From NCBI GenBank assembly GCA_023515725.1, contig JALDTO010000136.1, forward strand, positions 62,001 to 126,000: a stretch of DNA of 64,000 nucleotides. The letters are read 5' to 3'. The notes beneath the pieces are model-generated. The model searched no databases. It was given only the letters and a program-made list of their open reading frames with translations, and was not told the origin of the DNA. The translations under genes were made by a program, and so were the position numbers. This stretch comes from Amoeboaphelidium protococcarum X5 (taxonomy: Eukaryota > Fungi > Aphelidiomycota). Below, one piece after another: positions 1 through 13,596 of this stretch; position 1 is the first letter of the stretch, and every line of letters begins with the position of its first letter.

Positions 1-268
1 ATGTGCGCCTCATCTTATCACATCCTGTCTCTCCCTGAGCGATTTACGCCAGGGAAGTGTGAGTCATCACCGACGCGTGGCTTTTAACGTCGAATATTTC
101 CTAAATGGGATATATGAGCCACAAAATGCTTACAAATACATGCGCTGCACGACTTCAGGTCCTGTTCCATCGTAACTTCCTTTCACATTACGAATCGTCA
201 TTGTTTTACAAATCATCTGGTTTTAGTTTCTGATTATCTGTTTCATACAACTTACTCGCTTAATAAAT

Positions 269-487
269 ATGTAGCTTCTGTCTGTGATTGCGTTCTTGTT
301 TGTACTGTCTGTGAATATTGTTGTGGCTCTTCCTGCTCTTGCTAATCCTTATGTCGTAATTCCTAATGGAGTCAACTCTGGTTACCCAAAGGATCCTAAA
401 GGTTATGACCCGATCAGTCAAATCGATGAGACTCCTGTCAAAATCGCTTACGCTGACATCGTTGACAAGGTTGAAACCAAGTTTTGA
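269..487 (+). CDS. Small secreted peptide (72 aa), unknown function
   Basis: ATG at 269 followed by TAG(Q) extends the track ORF to MQLLSVIAFLFVLSVNIVVALPALANPY..., a hydrophobic signal-like N-terminus; TGA stop; AT-rich flanks. Confidence 0.6.
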
Positions 488-1224
488 AAAAGTTCTTACA
501 ACAATATGAACAGGTTTTAATTTAATGAATTTTTACATTGACTCTTCATTGCATATTATTTTCTCTTGATTCACTGATGAAGATGAGGCATCCTTCACAG
601 CCCGCCGATAACGCGCCTTGATAATTGTTTGATCTGACACGTTAGTTCTGAAACTGGTTAAGCTGTGAATTCACTCACACCGCGAAACATACACAGAACT
701 TGACGTGAATTCAAAATTATTGCCATGCTTTGTGGTAATTAATAAACATGAGCAAGTATCCTACAAAGCTTATAAAACCATCTCACAATTCTCCATTAGC
801 AAAAAACGATATCTTATCAGAAGGCAGATGATGTACGAGAACAATGTGTGGGGAGAGAGAACAAATCCGATAAAGTACGACGCGCTCGCTTGCAAAGCTT
901 AACAATCACACAAAACTCGAATCAATCAATCACCTGAATATCATCATCATCATCATCGCCGCTGTCGAGTGCGTACATTCTTGGAATCACCTCGAATCCT
1001 CTCTCCACTCATTTTATTATTAAAGCAACCGTAAGCGACTGCCAGCGTTAATCTCTCATTCGCTTTAGTTGTATTTTAATTTACAGCTTAGAGATTTTAT
1101 TGCCGGTCACTGACTGAACTGGAATCCATATTTGGTTGTGTGTCTGTTATCATCATTCCCGAACATTTAGTCTTTGAATCACTTACTGCAAGAACTGATA
1201 ATAACACTAGAAGACAACGCTATT

Positions 1225-3054
1225 ATGTAGCCTGTTCCGAATCGATATCCTGTATATGGTGATAAGTAAATGCAACCGGTAGCCTTCACGTAATAGCTGT
1301 AATTGCGCGATTTGTATCATTAGTAGCCTGCAATGCTGGGGTCATCATAGTCAACTGCATCCAACTACTCACTGCCGAGCTCGAATGAGCAGCATCGCGG
1401 TGGGGTCAACGTTATTAGCGATGATGTTCATTACTTGGAGCCTCTGCCCAGAATGCCGCTGTACGGCATTGATTTGTCTAGCAGCTAGTAGTAATACTCG
1501 TAGCCAGGATCTCTTATATACAACAATAACAGTGCCCTGACTAATTCATCTTCATGTCTGGCTTATGATGCTTTGAATCCACAGTTTGTCGCTGCACCAA
1601 TAGCTACTTCGTAAAGTCAGAATCTGTACTTGGCTCTCCCTAAGATTCCTGTGCCTAATCACGCTGATGTTGGTGGTAATCAATAGTTAAAGCGTAAATT
1701 GTTGCCACCATCTCCGGCGAATACTTATGATGAACCAGATGGCCATTATCGAATCATTTAGAATGATTATCTCACTCCGCGGTTCAAGATCATAAAGCTG
1801 TTGGGCCAAGGCACGTATGGAAAAGTTGTTGAAGCACTAGATAAAGATACTCAAGGTCGGGTGGCTATCAAGATTATTAAGGCTATTCCAAAGTATAGAG
1901 AGGCGGCCAAGATGGAGTTGAAAATTTTGGAAGTCTTAAAACGACAAGATCAGAGAGGTGATAAGTATTGTATTTAAATGCTGAACTGGTTTGATTACCG
2001 CGATCACTATTGTATGGTGTTCCCACTCCTTGGGCTTTCTGTGTATGATTTCATGAAGTTGAACAAGTACAATGGATATCCTCTTGTGAATATACGCGAA
2101 GTAGCACGTCAACTATTTACCGCTGTGTCATATCTACATGAGCTGGGAATTGTGCATACTGATTTGAAGCCTGAGAATGTTCTACTTTAGTGTACTGATT
2201 ATAGGGAGGTGGAGAAGGTAGTGTATGGCTCCAAAGTGTCCAGCTATGCCTCCAATACTAACCGTCCACGACGAGCTGCTGCTTTAAAAGGTCTCTAGGC
2301 ATAATCTGAAAGTGTTAAGGTGAAAGTATTGTAACGTTCCGATATTAAGCTCATAGACTTTGGATCGGCAATCTTTGATCATGATCGACACTCTACCACG
2401 GTGCAGACTCGTCATTACCGTGCACCTGAAGTCATTCTTAAACTCGGATGGTCGTTTCCATGTGATATTTGGTCCATCGGTTGTATTCTGGGTGAGATGT
2501 TGTGTGGTGAAGCAATGTTTTAGACTCATAACGATCTTGAGCATTTAAAGATTATGGAGATTCTCTTGGGACCCATTGATGGCAAATTGGTCTGTTAGTC
2601 ATTAAAGAAGAATGAACAAATCTAGAAAGAGGGCTGGTTTATAGTTGCCGAGTAGAAATCTAATAGTCTACCTGTTGGTGGCGGCGGCGGAGTATCAGAT
2701 GAACATAAATTTAGAGTCAATTATCCTACAAGAGGTTTGAAATAGGAAGCCAAAAAGTATCTAACCTCCCTTCGCCCATTAGAGCAGATTGTTCTATCTT
2801 ACTCCAACTGTCTGACTGTGAGCCAGCTGGTGAAGAGTACTAATGGCTCGGCTCTGGCGAAGAAGAATGCTTTGAAGAACGATCAGATGCCCCAAAGTGA
2901 TGAACGTTACCCGGCCATGGTGAGCTTACTGGACCTGTTGAAGAGATGCCTATGCTATGACCCACAACAGAGACTCACTGCTTCTGATGCTCTTCGCCAT
3001 CCGTTCTTTACAGTGGCTATACCTGCAGATACTTATATCGACATAAAACAATGA
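1225..3054 (+). CDS. LAMMER/CLK-family dual-specificity kinase (Kns1/Lkh1-like), ~609 aa
   Basis: One frame in table 6 with [36 protein letters not shown](TAG)-TH and [11 protein letters not shown] (LAMMER-like). Confidence 0.93.
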
Positions 3055-3401
3055 ATGTATTACTAAATTTTGCACATATACAAATATTATCTATCTTATA
3101 ATCAATCTTTTACTGAGACTTGCGCCACGTCTAACGTCAATTGACGCAAGCGAAGAAACTCCCAGTTTTATCACCACATTTTGATCGTGGAATTGGCAAG
3201 ATAAATGCAAAGACGTGGCCTACCGATATCGTATGTTTTTTTCTCCTTAATGGAGACTTGGCCTTTAAAGATGGCTCGTAAACGGGAATTAAAAAATACT
3301 GAAAAGATAGGATAATGAACTGTAGACTATTATATTTTTATTATTTTACTAGTTTGAGAGATTCAATGCAAATGTATTCTACTATGAGGTGCCATTCTTA
3401 A

Positions 3402-6400
3402 TCAAATCGAATTCCTTCTAACTCTGGCCCTTGGTCTGTTGTGAGAGTCCTTCCATTGGGAGAATAGGCCTTTACTCTCCCACTCTTTCAGAATATCTTT
3501 GCCATACTTGTATCCAATTTCATAAATCTAATCAAACTTGTTGAACTCTAGTGTACCAAAGTGGCCCACGGGTGGACGCAGATAGATACAGTTGGGCATA
3601 TTCTTCACATCTTCCAATTACTTAACACAAGATACATAAGCAAGGCGCGATTGAATATCTGTCAGAGATGGAAAGTTGGTCTTATTAAAAGGATTAAGTC
3701 TGCAGACTAATGCGTACCATCCCGAGAGAGCGTCTCCATAATTGGCCACCATCGCCTACTCATCTGAGCCAACATCCACAGCAATAACAATATCTGCTCC
3801 ATTAGCACGCAGAATGTCTCCAGGCAAGTTGTTAAGATAACCTCCATCCAGGAGCATGTTATTATTGTCACATAGTGGAGGTAGATAGCCTGATAAAGAC
3901 ATTGATGCGCGAACAAATCGCCAAAAGAATCCACTTGTGTGAATCTCCAATTTACTGTGCGTTATATTAGTGGTGCAGCAAAAGTAACTCAACCACGAAT
4001 CTTCAATCTGTTAATCCCCAAAACACTTCCAGATGGCTCTATTGAACTCATTCCCAGAGAACCACGATGTCAAAGGATAAGTGAGGTCAAGTATCTATCT
4101 CCACACAGAATTAACTCTACTACCAAAATCTCCGGCTCTCCAGTAAACATAATAGATGTCTTCATTCAGACTGTACAAACCACCAATAAGGGCCCCGATG
4201 GAGACACCGCCAATCATATCAATCGGTATACCAGCCTCTTCGAATGCGTGAATGATGCCAATATGAGCTATACCTCTAGAACCACCACCACCAAGCGCGA
4301 TTCCGATAGACTTACCCACAAGCCGCCGTGCAAGTCGAGCGAAATCATTACGTGGTCCACAAGACTTTGGAGTAAATGATCTCTAATACGAGTATTTGGT
4401 ATACAATGATGTGATCTTCTCAAACTGATTCTTCAGATCCTCAATAATCGCATTCTTGATCTTGATAGAAGACATTGCGCGATTTACCAACATTGGAATC
4501 TGGAGATGATGATGAGTGTGAAGCCATGGACGTTTTTCCAGATACTTCTTGGTCAATCCAATCGGGATTTATCTATCCGGATGCAAAATGACCAACTCTT
4601 TACGAGCCGTAGTCTTCACACTAAGCAGCATCTTTTCAAAATCACCAATTTCTGGAGTTTAAAATCTGGTAGTAACAACCAAGATCACATCCGCCTGTCT
4701 GATACATCTCTGGGTCCAAGGAGAGTGAGGACCAGTGTCGGCCACATACAACACCAGTCTAACTTTCTCTTCCTGCTCTGTGAGCCAGGTCAGCAACTTC
4801 AACTTTCCTAATCTACTGAATGCATGTCTTCCAAGAGCTGATGTGACGGTGGAACTATCCAGAAAAGTGCAAGTCTCACCGATACCAATAAGAGATTCTC
4901 GCAAACGCTCAGCAAAGTCAACGATCGGAACATCAGCAAAAGTTGGAACTAGAGCCACAGTCTTGTAGTTGACGTTAGCTGGAGCGAGACCGTCCAGGTT
5001 ATTTTCCAATTTACTCTAGGCCAATCTGGACTTGCTGGCAATCATTCGGGAAATCTACAACGTGATATTAGGATGTTTTATCGCCAGAGCATTGAACAAT
5101 GTATGCGGCATTCGAGCCAACTCGGTATCTCTGATTGCAGTCACTGTGTGCACCCGCGGGCTATTGGTGAGAACTTCCGTCTCTCCCACAGACTCTCCCA
5201 GAGAGAATTCATTGACATTCTAAGACTGTCCATTCACCTCTCTCAGCGCACGCAAACGTCCATTCAGAACAATGTAGATGCAGTCGCTTTTGGGATCATC
5301 TTGTTTGTACAGAACCTTGCCTGCGTTGACTTGAATCCATTCAAGAGCCAAATCTATGTGTCTAACAAGAGGTGTCAAGCTAGAGCACAAGCGCTTAGAT
5401 AACATCATCATGATCTGAGGGGCGCGTTCAACAATAGATTCTAGAGATTCCTTAGGTAAGTAGGCAACATAACTCCCTGCCGCAGCGACTACATTGACCA
5501 ACGATGCATGACTAGTTAGAGAGGCGAGATAACCAGCCATACCACCAGAATGAACGTAATACTTCTTTCCGCTTATATTCGCAAATGCTTTATCGCCGGG
5601 AAATCCATCTTGTTAATGCCCATACTGCTGACCTTTCGGAGTAAAAGCAAGCAGTCCGCTACCTCTTGCTGTATGATAAGATGCACTGCGACGCAAGAAC
5701 TAGTTATGTTTATCCATCGAGATTTCTAGGAGGCCTTCAATAACAAAATATAAACCAACATTCACATCGCCCTACTTTATCACAGTAGCTCCTTATTCAA
5801 AATAAAGAATCTAAAGATCATGAGAGTATTCGCTGATATTCGTGGACATAGATACCAGAGACGACGCCGGAGAATGGATTTCATCTTGGGCCTTGACACT
5901 TTGCACTAGATGACTCAATTAAGATGATACCTGTGGAGACTATGGATTAAAATCTTTACTTGCAGACGCTTTATGACTTATTATGCCATCCAACGGACGC
6001 TTTGGAACAGAGTTGGAGGCGGAAGAAAAACTATCCCTCTTGGAACGGAGACCAGCACTAGATAATCCATTACCACCAGATGATGCAGGCAACCAGCTCA
6101 TGTTCAATCCCAACATTACTCCCAATTGATCGAAAATAATATCATTAAGCTCCTTCTCATTCAAAGATGGCCCCATTCCAATTTACAGGTCATCCATTGA
6201 GCCAATATCCACCTCCGGCTTCAAAAGATCATCATTACCAAGCGAGTCATCATGTTTATTCAATCTACCCAAATCTCCAACATGGACAGACTTACTTCTT
6301 CGGTGATTATTGGCGCGAGATGGTGGGACGGCTTTTAAAGCAAAACTTTTACCATTTCCAGTGCTGGTCATAAAAGGACTGCGCTTCACATCATCAGAAC

Positions 6401-7697
6401 TGTGCACAGTATTATATGAGGCAGTATTAAAATACCCATCTTCAGCCTCAGCCAATAACTGATCTTCATCTTCACTATAGCTGGCATTACTAATTGTATC
6501 ATTGCTCCGACTCGCAGTCTCATTATACTCAGCACCATCATGTTGACTTTCGTCGTCTTCTTCATCTGGGCCCGCATACCTCGCCATCTTCTTTAAGAGA
6601 CGTTTATTACTAGCCACGCGAAGTAGCTACCACAGATCTTTCTATGCAGATTAATGAGGACTAGTAGCTAAACTATGACCAAAATTACTACCAAAAGTTG
6701 CCGGGCCACCATAAACACTACTCTCCATCTTGACCAACTCCATACCCACGCCTAACCATCGTCCCAGCACTAGCATACTAACTCGCTAGAATCTAGTCAA
6801 GATAATCTGTATAATTTGACTAATCGCATTAGGATAGATGGCGGACACGCGAAGAAATGCTTCTGGTGGAATAACCAACAGAGTCGTGTCGGTCAGGGCA
6901 CGAACAGCCAATGCACTTTCATTGTCAATCTGCTGCACATTCTTACGACTCTTAGTACCACTACTATCGACACCACCCGGAGTAGATGATGTATCACTTT
7001 GCGCGGATACAGAAGCATTCTAAGGGTGTTCACTCTGAACATTATTGGCATACACAGATAGAACATCAAACAGGGACGATATAGTACCTCCCGTGGTGAC
7101 CTTGTTCAATACCAAATGCTCTAAATCTTCATTGCTATCAGAGAGTGGATTATCTGAAGTCTGAGGACTAAGTATCAACTGAACGCAGCCATCCATCACC
7201 AGGTAAAGATTACCACTCTACTCCTACTACTCAATGTCACTACCACTGCCGACATTATTGAGGGCGTCTTACTGATGATTAGCACTTTTCACAAAACCAT
7301 ATCCCTATAAATACTCTCCCGCATACAGCTTCTTCTATTAGGAGTTGCGAGCAAACTCAACCAGAACCGAGCGGTCGAGATAGTTAAAGATCTTGATGGA
7401 GGAGAGGAACGATGCAAATATCTCCTCCGGTAAAAACCTCTTATGATTGAAAGCATCTGAACCAGCAGCAGAACTCTATGAGATCGATACTGAACCGAGT
7501 TAATGTTCCTCTGCCGCCTTGTTCTGGGCCGTTGAGTCATCTGACACAGAGGCAGATCCCGACCGCATGTACCTCACCAGAACATAGTATCTCACAAAGT
7601 AGAACGCAGGCCACGCAATGATGAGACAGAATATAAGAAGAGAAGTCACATTTATATTCAAAGTTATCGTATAGCCAGAAAATAACGACCACCCCAT
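3402..7697 (-). CDS. NTE1: Lysophospholipase NTE1 (cNMP-binding domains plus patatin), ~1431 aa
   Basis: N-terminal TM, cNMP-like segments, GGGSRG, GVSIG, LLDGGY, ends RRNSI-TGA; track fragments share one frame. Confidence 0.93.
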
Positions 7698-7819
7698 GAT
7701 TGTATGATGATACTGATTCTCAGTGTTATCTCTCTGACAGATGCACTCTGAGTTCTTTGGAAAGATAGAAAGAGCAAAATAGAGCAAAGGAAACGATCTT
7801 GGACGATTTCCTCCGCGCC

Positions 7820-7885
7820 GTCATTCACTCGCTCGTTCGGTCGCTCGTTCGTTCGTTCGTTCGTGTATTCATTCATTCATTCGAT
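7820..7885. repeat. (TTCG)n/(TTCA)n microsatellite upstream of NTE1
   Basis: cgttcgttcgttcgttcg...ttcattcattcattcg seen directly. Confidence 0.8.
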
Positions 7886-8262
7886 CATTGTGATATTGAT
7901 GAGGTCGGCCTTTGTTTGAGCGACTGGAATGAACAAATACGAAGACATGAAATAGATATCTCTTTTATAGATTATCATGATAGTGTTTGCCTTGTCATAT
8001 TTAACTATAAGCATTCTATTTGACAAAGAATGTCATCATCAACTATGTACTGTAGATGGATGGCAGTCAATTGATTCTATGCGAATTGAATATTTAATAG
8101 CGAGTCCATTATGCAGTTCTCGTCTCACCATGTAGTATACGCTGCTCATTTATATATTCTGGACATTTGGAAATGTGGTTGAATCATGTGTCATCTTTGG
8201 TAAAGACGCGTGTGATTTTCAAACTTGAGAACTACGCGTGTTCCTTCGTTCTCCTCTCGCCC

Positions 8263-8297
8263 GTTTCTCTCTCTTCTCTTCTCTTCTCTTCTCTCCC
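8263..8297. repeat. (CTCTT)n pyrimidine tract upstream of NIC96
   Basis: tctctctcttctcttctcttctcttctctccc seen directly. Confidence 0.8.
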
Positions 8298-8425
8298 TAT
8301 ACTGTACTGTACGTCCCTATAACTGTCATTGTAATCCAATTATTATCAGGACTCAAGTTTAAGTTTATATAAAGCATTTGATATAGTATTATTTATTCTC
8401 TGAATATAATTTTGTGAATTATACA

Positions 8426-11400
8426 ATGGAGTAGTTATAAGATTTATTGGAACGATCCAAGACTTTGAGTGCTTAGTAGTAGTAGAGTACTGACTATCAT
8501 GGTGTGACTTTGGATATTGTTAGGCCTTTGCCTCTGTTGCAAAAGTAGACGCAGTAGATGCTGAAAGACAAGACTCAGGCTGCTGTAGGGGCTAATGAAG
8601 AGCAGGCTGCATAGATTCTGTTTGCCTAGAAGGGAATTAATTTGGATAGAATCAAGCAAGCTCTGCAGTCTGTGAGTAAATCTGCTTCCGCCGCCTTCTA
8701 GTCTGTGTAAATGCTGAGAGATACGGATGTGGGAGGTTACGCGGCTCTTGAACATGAACAACTGATTCTCAACTCTTTGAGTAGAGCGAGGAAGGATATT
8801 GAATAGATTGTTTCCAAGACTCTGAAAGCATATAGGACGAAGCAGTGGGATGCAGAGAAGTAGTAAGTTTCCCAGTTGATGTCCGCGTCCAAGCTTGTAT
8901 CGGCACCACCTTCTCGGATGCCGATAAAAGGCGCTCAAGGTATTGCTGGGGCTGGGAAGATGGCGTAGTAGTAATAGTAGAGTTAAGCACCTCAGTCTAT
9001 TGCAACTTATTCAGTGAATAAATCTGGTATTGTGAATCCTGATTTATTGACCCCGAGAACAGCAAAGGGATCCGGTGTTCCTGTGCAATCGACCGCTGGT
9101 ATTGCCACTGATGACCCGGTGATGGCCAAGTTGTTGTCCTATGCGCAGACTCTCATTGCAGTGGAGGAGCAGCGTTTGATGAATAGGCCGGTTCCGGTTT
9201 TTAAGCTGTTCAAGGATGCCTTGCTTAGATTGAATGGACCGTTTGATGAAATTGTGCAATGCTGGGATCTGTTGCAGTATATTGTAAGTGAAAATGTTAG
9301 TGGCGGTGTTTTGGCGCGTGATATGCACAGCGCTCCTCGTGAAAGACAGTTTGCCAGAGGATATGGTTAGCCAGGAAGTGCTATAGACGGCCAGATTGTT
9401 CAAGGAAGTCGTAAATGGCTAGAAGCCTACTTTAGAGTCTATCTTGAGCGTGCAGTAGTCAAGTGCTACTAGAATAAGGACTTGTTCGCCGTCGATGGTC
9501 TGGAGCAGGCAAGAATTGCAAGTCAAGTTGGTCGGATGTCAGTCTCCTAGAAGGTTACCATGTGGATTCAGGATGTTCTTATGCCTCGTTCTGATGTAAA
9601 TTTGTGGGAAGTTGTTGACAATCAAGCGATTTGGGTAGCCATTTTCTACTTATTGCGTGCTGGTGAGTACCGAGAGGCTTTGCAGTTTGCAGCTAGATTT
9701 GAGAATCACTTTATGAAGACTAGCAAAAGGTTTGTGGATTATCTTGAAGCGTGGGTCTCCTCTCCTGGACATGTGCTTCCTGCAAAGTTGAGATCCGAGT
9801 TGATGGTGGAGTTTAATGCCAATTTACGGGATAGTGCGATGAGAAATTTATCTGCCTCTTTTCATATGCCTTAGATGCAAAGTCGCTTCTTCAATGAAGG
9901 TGTCGATCCATACAAGTATCTGGTTTATCGTGTGTTGGGACAGATTGTCGATTTCGATGTGATGATACCACCGCACGTTGTACAGGGTCTCGCAGGTGGA
10001 GTAATTGGATGGGAAGATGAGCTGTGGATTTAGTTGATGTTGGTATCGTCTGCAGATGGTGCTCAATTCACTCAAGATGCGCCATCCCCTTTCTAAAGTG
10101 GCTCTTAGAAAGGCATTCCTGAAGTTTATTCACTTGATGATCTTTATCAAAAATACGTGGCCAAAATCAGTGTTGAGCAGTGGACAGAGAACTCGTCATA
10201 CATCTATCGTTATTTCATGGTCCTGATTGCTTGTGGTCAATTTGAGAGAGCCGTAATGTTCTTATTCAATCTTTAAGATGCTATTGTAACACCGTCATAG
10301 TAGATTGATGCTGTCCATTTTGCAATTTCTCTCTTGTATTATGGCTTATTGTCTACTCGCACGTCGTTTGATGAAGATTCTGCTTTGACTCTTGATAGTG
10401 ATGAGAATCAACGTTCCTATGTGGATTTGATTTCCATGGTAAATTAGTACATATATGGTATACTGAATCCATCTTTTTATGCTCAAGAAGCTGTGCATTA
10501 TGTCATTATTCTGTTTGTACTGCTGGATGGTTATACTGGATCGGTCTCGGTTGCATCTAACAATACTAATGAGCAACACATCAATCGTTTGCGGTAGATG
10601 CTTACTGGCTAGTTGATTGATTTGGTGATAAACTCTGGAAAGATTGAAGATTTATTCGGCACTTTTGCGTTGGATTCATAATTGCAACGAGCTGTGAGAA
10701 ATGCTGGCTACCTGGACAGATACGCACCACTGATTGGAATGACTAAAGATGATGTCAAATCGTGTCTTATCAAGCCATCTGCCAGAAAATGTGTTTAATC
10801 TGACGTTCCGCTCGAAGTTGCAATTGCCTTGTTCAATTTGGCTAAGGATTTCGATGCTGTGCTTAACTTGCTTTCTAAGCGTCTCAGCGTTGAACTGAAA
10901 TAGTTCAATGTTGACGCGGTTATTCAATTTGCCGTCGGATTCGCATCTGGTGCTGGAAAGACTCCCAATATTGTCGGTAGAATTGATGCTCTTGTAGATG
11001 CGTATTAAATGACTAGTTCTGTTGTGGAATTCTATCGGTAAGAATGGATAGCGGTGAAGATCAATTAGCAGAGTAAAGAGACTGTGTAATTGTTAATGCT
11101 GATTAGTCAGTTGTGTATGACTGCTTAATCGTTGGTTGAAGATTTCGACCTGTCGTTGTGTGCCGAGTTGGTAAGATTGATTAACTCGCTGCCTCTGGTG
11201 CCGACATCTGCAGATATGATGAGAGCAAGTGGTGAGACTAGCTACGTGGCTATTTAGTCATAAGCTGAATAGATCAGAAGAGACTTTTCAGATGTAGTGC
11301 TGGTACATTTACCACTGGTTTTCTGTGTAGTTGAGGCTGTGTATCTAATAATCTTTCAAGCTTAACGTCGCTAGCAATTGTCTCTTGGTGTCAATGTGGG

Positions 11401-11509
11401 GAAACGCTCTCGTGAGCTCATGTCTTTTGTGGCACTGGTTGGCAGATGGTTCAAGATTGATTCTTCACTAAGAGCTTAACTCATGAACATGGAGGAAATG
11501 ATAAATTGA
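8426..11509 (+). CDS. NIC96: Nucleoporin Nic96/Nup93, ~1027 aa
   Basis: Starts MEQLQDLLERSKTL; IWVAIFYLLRAG, DPYK, IDAVHFAI; ends QLMNMEEMIN-TGA, resembling the Nup93 C-terminus. Confidence 0.9.
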
Positions 11510-11718
11510 GATAATAAAATGTAACGGATTGTCCTTAATTCACGTTTAGTATTGCATCTCACTTTTTCTCATACACAATAGCATTGTATTGTAAGGGTTT
11601 CTGATCCTAGTAGCGCAGACTTTAAAAAGAAATAAAGAGATATTAACTATTCCCATTACACATATCATATCATATTTCAAGTCATTTCAATATCAACTTC
11701 TCAACGCAGTGCAATCCC

Positions 11719-13026
11719 TCACTTGTCCAAGCTCTGAGCAAATACTTCGTTCTCACCGCCTTCCAACACACGAGAAATAGGCAGGTAAGCAGGACGGTTG
11801 TACTTGACCAAATAGTCTTGAGCGTACTACAAACCATTACGCTTCTCCTGAGTGGATGCACTCTTGCCAATCCAAACAAAAACTTCATGGCCACTATCAT
11901 ACACGTTGACATTGGTAGAGTCAAACTGTGCCAGCTTAATCTAACCAGATGCAACTTGCTTGAACTCCAACTTTCCGGATGCATCGCTTAAAACAAACAG
12001 AACTTTGGTGAATGCCTTTGGTTCTTCAGTTACATCTGCAGCGGATTTAATAGCCTTCTGCCCACCAACGGCATCCCAGAATGGCTTAGCATCAGCATCA
12101 CCCTCATTAAAGGCCTGCAACTTGGCTCTTCCATCACGCTGATCAACCAAAGCACGAGCAAATTCACCAGCCTTGACCTTCTCAGTCACCTGAGCCTCCT
12201 TGCCGTTGAATTGGTAAATTTACAATCCCTTATCCAAGATGAAGACATCGCCGCTATTCAGAGAGTCTGCCGAGATCTCAACCTGACGAACCACCACATT
12301 CTGCTTGTTCTTTGGGTTGGAACGCACCTGCAACAATCTTGGCTTGTACTCTTCAGGCTTAACTTGATTAAAACCACTGGCAACACCTACACATTAACAA
12401 ACCCAAAGTTATTGGTTAGAATTTAACATTAGCGACAATTGATTGAAAATATACCTCCGTTCAAAGTCTTGAATTGCTTAAAGTAGCTCAAGAACAAGTC
12501 AGATTCGTGACCTTGAACTTCGCGGTGCTACACGGCAGCTCCCTTCAGCACATCATCCAGCTCCACAGTCTTATATGCAGCCGTTCCCGCCTCATCTTGA
12601 GAAGTTTCACTGCCCAGCCAGAAGTGCAGATCATAAGAAAGCTTCTCTTCACTTGGGTTCTTCTTGTAAGTGTTCAGGATGATGTAGGAATCACCTTCAT
12701 AAAACTCGCCGTAGTTCTGATTAGGCCAAGCCACAACCTTGAAGTCTTCAATGCGCCAGATGTTGATTGCCCTACACAAAGTTCATGTTAAATGACGACG
12801 ATTATTAATGCGATAATTATAACTTACACCTGTTGGCCAACTCCCTTCCATGCATTCTCGCTCGATGCAGCATTCTACTTGACCTTTTTCTCCAACTACA
12901 AAAAGCATTCATATGAAGTGAAAGACCATTATGAAATAGCATGAGATATAAACTTACGTCGCTGCCAAGGAGGGCAATATTACTGTCAGCGATATCGTAT
13001 TTCTTGCTCTTTACAAAACCAGGCAT
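11719..13026 (-). CDS. Three-domain gelsolin-family protein (severin/fragmin-like), copy A, with 3 introns (12896-12957, 12772-12827, 12387-12454)
   Basis: DSNIALLGSD, IWRIE, FYEGDSYI, FWLGSETSQDEAGTAAYKTVELD, VQHREVQ; the GT-AG introns restore colinearity with the intronless paralog at 27105. Confidence 0.92.
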
Positions 13027-13596
13027 AATGAACAAAACGGTGTAAGGATATACAGTGGGGCGAGTAGCTCTATGTGAGAAGATGAAACCAAAAAAATGTC
13101 AAAGATGTTGTGTAGAAGCCATGGAAGTTACAGTACGATGTTTCGATGAAGCAATGTTTATTTTCGCGCGCGCGTCCCTTCTCTCGCCCTCCCAACAAAC
13201 AAACAAACAAACAAACAGTTTTGGCGTTGATGATCAACAATGTTTGGCAGATCCTTGTTTCAGTGCCAAAAGGTCCTATTTAAAACTTATATTATAATAC
13301 CATTGGTCTTTGTCCTTTCGATCCGTATTTCCATTTTTCATGAATGTAAATTTAAAGCCGTTTTCGAGTGGTACGAATCAAGTGTGACCTTTGCGCGCTA
13401 TATTAACAATAATTTTAGCCAGTTAGTGGGTAGAATGGACCTCCAAATTTGCAAGTGAATGCTTTTATAATTACTGGTCTGCTGAGTAGGTATTGCGGGC
13501 GACTTTGGACTTTATAAAGACACCTTTTTTACAGTATATGTGTACGTACTGTAATTCTGCCTTTCTTAATTCTTTGCCATTGTGGCCTAAATGTGC

